The position numbers and the translations under genes were made by a program. Source: Marsupella aquatica (Eukaryota > Plantae > Marchantiophyta). From it: a DNA stretch of 64,000 nt. Below are positions 60,312 to 64,000 of the stretch, piece by piece; position 1 is the stretch's first letter; each line of letters starts with the position of its first letter. The DNA lies in the NCBI GenBank assembly GCA_973895155.1, contig OZ316892.1, positions 21,205,619 through 21,269,618 on the forward strand, given 5' to 3'. Below the pieces are notes generated by a model. The model did not search any database, was not told where the DNA came from, and was given only the letters and a program-made list of their open reading frames with translations.

Positions 60312-62753
60312 TTAGCAATCATAACAGTCGCCCTAAGAAATAAACAAAGGCGCCGAAACAGGTGTCTCTCCCACACAGCTTCTCGAATGACGTTTGATGA
60401 GATTTCATTATTCGTAACTAGAAACAAAACAGAAGGATCAAGGATGATAATATACTATGGTATATCCCAGTGACTCCGGATTCCCCCGGATTCTCCCAAT
60501 CCTCACCCTTCGAGCAGTGTGCCCCGCATCACCCGCTAGATTCCCTCTTAATCGACGGTGAACCGTAACAGCCTGAAATTCGACGACTGAGATTCCGTCC
60601 CCACATTCCATTCGCGGTGAATAGCGGCGGGAATAAATTCGCACCGCAAGAAATCCCGTTCTGTAGATTGTCTGTCGTTGAAAAAGCACAACAGAAGAGA
60701 TCAATGGACATGACTATCGAGAATTCCACATTGATCCCTTTCGTGCGGCTCTGCAGGTCTGGTGATTCACGATAATGTACCTGTTTCGGGCCACGAATTA
60801 GACTGTTCGCCAGAGACGACTTCGAAGACTGATCTTCAGTAACTGAGATTGAGAAAAAGAGTTCACAGGCACTGTTGCTCGGAGATCATCACTTGGCTGT
60901 TGATCATCTTCTTTCAATGCGGTCGACCGGTTTGCAAGAGTAGGATGGGAATGTTCTACTCTGTTGTTTAGGCGTAGGCGAGGAGCAGTTGAGGGGCATT
61001 AGGGAGGCCTGCAGAAGAAAAGACATTTCGGGGTCCCGACTTTTTGAGCTGTTTTACATCTACTGAATAATGTGGTCGATCATGTCATTTGATCGATTGA
61101 TGTGATCTCGGACTCTCAAGAGTCGGTCGGTTTGCAAGAGTAGAATTGGAATGTTCTACTCTGTTGTTGTTAGGCGGAGTCGACCAGTTGGAGGGCGAGG
61201 CATTAGAGAGGTCTGCATTTCGGAGGCTCGAGTTTTGGAGCTGTTTGGATGTTGATAGAATGCTGTTGGAGAAAAGGGAGTTTGACGGTATGCCGGCTGG
61301 AGCTAACTTACTTTTTCAGGGAGGGCTATGAGGGGGTGATTTGATTTCGAAGCTATCATCTATCAGCTTAGAAATATATTCGAGAAGGAGGGTCACCTGA
61401 AGGGCGTCGAGGATGGAGAAGCGGAGCCTTTTGGACGAGAATGTATCCATCGATGATCGGCGAAGGTTTTTGCGCTCCTTGGCGTGCCGGTTCTGGAGCG
61501 TGATTCTTATTCTGTCGTGGATCGTGGTGTTGTGCTGCATTACACAGGACAACAAGAGGAAGGCTCAACCCGTAAACCCGGTATTTGTCTCTACCCACTC
61601 GCGACACAGATTTGATGTGCATAAATTGATTGGACCAGGGCAATGTTGGAATTGCATTCTTGGTGTGGACCACCGATCGGATTTTCTTCGCGACTGTCTT
61701 GGTTAATAGAATCCCAGAAAATACAGATCTTGGATGTACTGTAGATCTGTGCGTCTCTTTCGTTCTTTTGCTCTCTGTCTTTTCTGTGTCCCGTTGTATA
61801 AATCTCTCGGATGGGTCTCCATGTATCCTACGCTGTGTTTGTGTCTATCTATTTCTTAGTCGATGTTTTTCTATCCTCCTTGTGGGTTTCTGCCTCTGGA
61901 CTCCGGGCAATCTAAACTTTTCGTGTCCGTTGGCCCTGTTAGGTCTCCCATGCACAGCAATTACTCGTCTTCATGGATAGACATCCCTTAAATTGGGCTG
62001 TGTACTTCGAACTGACTGATTGAATTAGTGATCTCTGTACATTGTTGGTCCGTTGATCCTGTTTTGTCTCCGTAGACATTAGTTCAGTTATTTATAGTGA
62101 CTCTCTTGAAATTGGACCGTGGTCGTTAAATTGACTGACAGATTCAATTATTGATGGATGGATTGATTGGCTCTTTCTACCTCTGTTTGCTGACTTCCTG
62201 ATCTGCCTTGCAACCTAGGACTCTGGGTGGACATTTCACATTGTTATTCCCATGTTCTCCGTGGACATTGAATGCATTTATCGGTTCGCCCTCCTTTCTC
62301 AATCGGGCAAATGTGGGCTTCAAGAAAACGTTTTCATTATAGTCCACTCTCATGGGAAAATGCACTAAGGCTACAGGGGTGACAAAAAATATGAGGCGGC
62401 GATAGTGATGGACGCCAAGACCTCCCTGGGATTCTCTTCCTACCTTTCCTCTCAATATCTCCTGTTTTCGCCGAAGATTTCCTTCGGTCCGATTACCTCG
62501 ACCGCTTTCCAGGTCTCTCGACTCAAAAGCACAGCGGGTGCAACGACAGTTGACAATGTCTGTCTAAATAAAACATCTTTATCGATAATTTACCTTAATG
62601 TCAAATGGGAAATGTGATCATGGATTGAAAATGGAAGTTTTTGGAACGAAATGACGGTATAACAGGGAAAGAACTGCTGCTAGTTCCCGGTGTGAAAAGA
62701 GGAGGTCAAGGAGCAGTGATTGGGTCACCTCAGCATTTTCTATTGTCCTAGTC

Positions 62754-64000
62754 ATGGCCACGCTTATTTGTGTTTGTGGTGTGGAGCAGCTTCTTCCCGC
62801 TGTTCAGCTGCCGGATGCGCCTAGTACTTTGCAGGGCCCCTTTCAGCCGAGGACGATTCCTTTCAATGAATCACTAGGTTTCGGAAGTGAAGAGGTGAAT
62901 GGAACAGATCCTCGTGTAGTGAGAAGGGTGACAGGATGGGGGCCAGAGCAAATTTCTTTGGCTCTTTCGACTCCAGACTCTATGTACGTCTCGTGGATCA
63001 CAGGTAATTTGCAGTGGCTGCCACGCTCTGTGCCTCCCCGTCAAGCGTGGGTTCCTTTTATTCCTGCAAGAAATCGGCTATATATAGTGTTCTATTTCCC
63101 ATAGGCAGTAAATGCCGAAAGGTTCTTTGGGGTGGACTTTTTTAATAGATTTCATTTTAGTCGCAAAGCATTGACAGCCTGAAAATGAAAATAGTTCACG
63201 CACGAATTTTGGGAAAGCTCAGCTTGGTCACGCACAAGGTTGTTGGACGAGTAAAACGAAGCAATGAACTTGCTTAGAGGCGGAGAACTGGTTTGGTTTG
63301 CGAGTGAGCACAAAGTGCGACGAGACTCATAATTGTGGAGGTGTGGTACAGGTGAGGCACGAATTGGATCCAGCATTGCACCTCTGGATCCAAGCACAGT
63401 GGCAACTAAAGTTCAATATGGTACCAAAAGTGGTGACCTGTCTCTCACTGCCGTTGGAACCAGCGAGGTTTACAATCAGCTATACCCTTATAAAGGGCTT
63501 GAGAATTATACATCTGGCATCATCCATCACGTGAAAATATATGGTAAACCCGTTATAGCCGCTTCGTTTATTACCTCTAGCTGATATTCAAATGCCGACT
63601 TCTGTGCGACCATTTCTCTTTATAAGTGAAGTTCTTGACCAGTTTTTGAGTTGTTTGAATTGTATTGACGGTGATAATTGTCTGTGGTCGAAGGATTGGA
63701 GCCAAATACAAAGTATTTCTACAGAGTTGGAGATCCCGCCATTCCAGCCCTAAGTAAGGAGCTCTCATTCAAAACTTTGCCAATTCCTGGGCCTGACAAC
63801 TTTCCTACATCTATTGCTGTCATTGGAGATTTGGGCCTGACATACAACTCCACATCCACAATTGACCATCTGATGCAGAATAACCCTGATCTCGTATTGA
63901 TGATTGGTGACATGGTTTATGCGGACCTGTATGTGACAAATGGCAGTGGTTCTTCTTCCTATAGCACGTCCTTTCCCAATACTCCAATTCACGAGACCTA
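62754..64000 (+). CDS. Purple acid phosphatase, PAP15/PAP13/PAP23 (phytase-type) clade, partial; join(62754..63003,63352..63543,63694..>64000)
   Basis: PSTLQGPF, DPRVVRRVTGWGPEQISLALS, VYNQLYPYKGLENYTSGIIHHV, GLEPNTKYFYRVGDP, and metal-ligand motifs GDLG and GDMVY. Phase-1 GT-AG introns. The start codon is uncertain. Confidence 0.93.

Overview
Eukaryotic land-plant nuclear DNA with GT-AG introns. The gene style suggests a bryophyte, possibly a liverwort, but that is inference only. Host genes: a disrupted NB-ARC (NLR-like) pseudogene running off the left edge, a RabA5-type GTPase, 40S ribosomal protein S20 (uS10), a secreted ApoD/Blc-type lipocalin split by a ~210-aa helical insert, a germin-like protein, a plastid P-type PPR protein (At5g39980/PDM3-like) and a PAP15-like purple acid phosphatase running off the right edge. 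The centre (24.1-47.1 kb) is a nested transposon stack. A non-autonomous Helitron-like array contains a 20.5-kb CACTA-superfamily element with atypical CACAA ends (25384-45936, TSD GAA). That element's TnpD transposase is interrupted by a 10.0-kb canonical CACTA element (31603-41612, TSD AGC) carrying captured host exons (PTST1 CBM48 and mitochondrial HSP60). The most striking feature is an intact SET-domain exon inside the first intron of the outer transposase gene. It is in phase to be spliced to the transposase N-terminal Zn-binding exon. Most non-coding intervals of that element also hold a dense cluster of one CpG-rich motif (AAACGACGTTAATT). Together these suggest a transposon-encoded chromatin-modifying or anti-silencing system. 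All protein identifications come from motif recognition by eye; no database searches were run.
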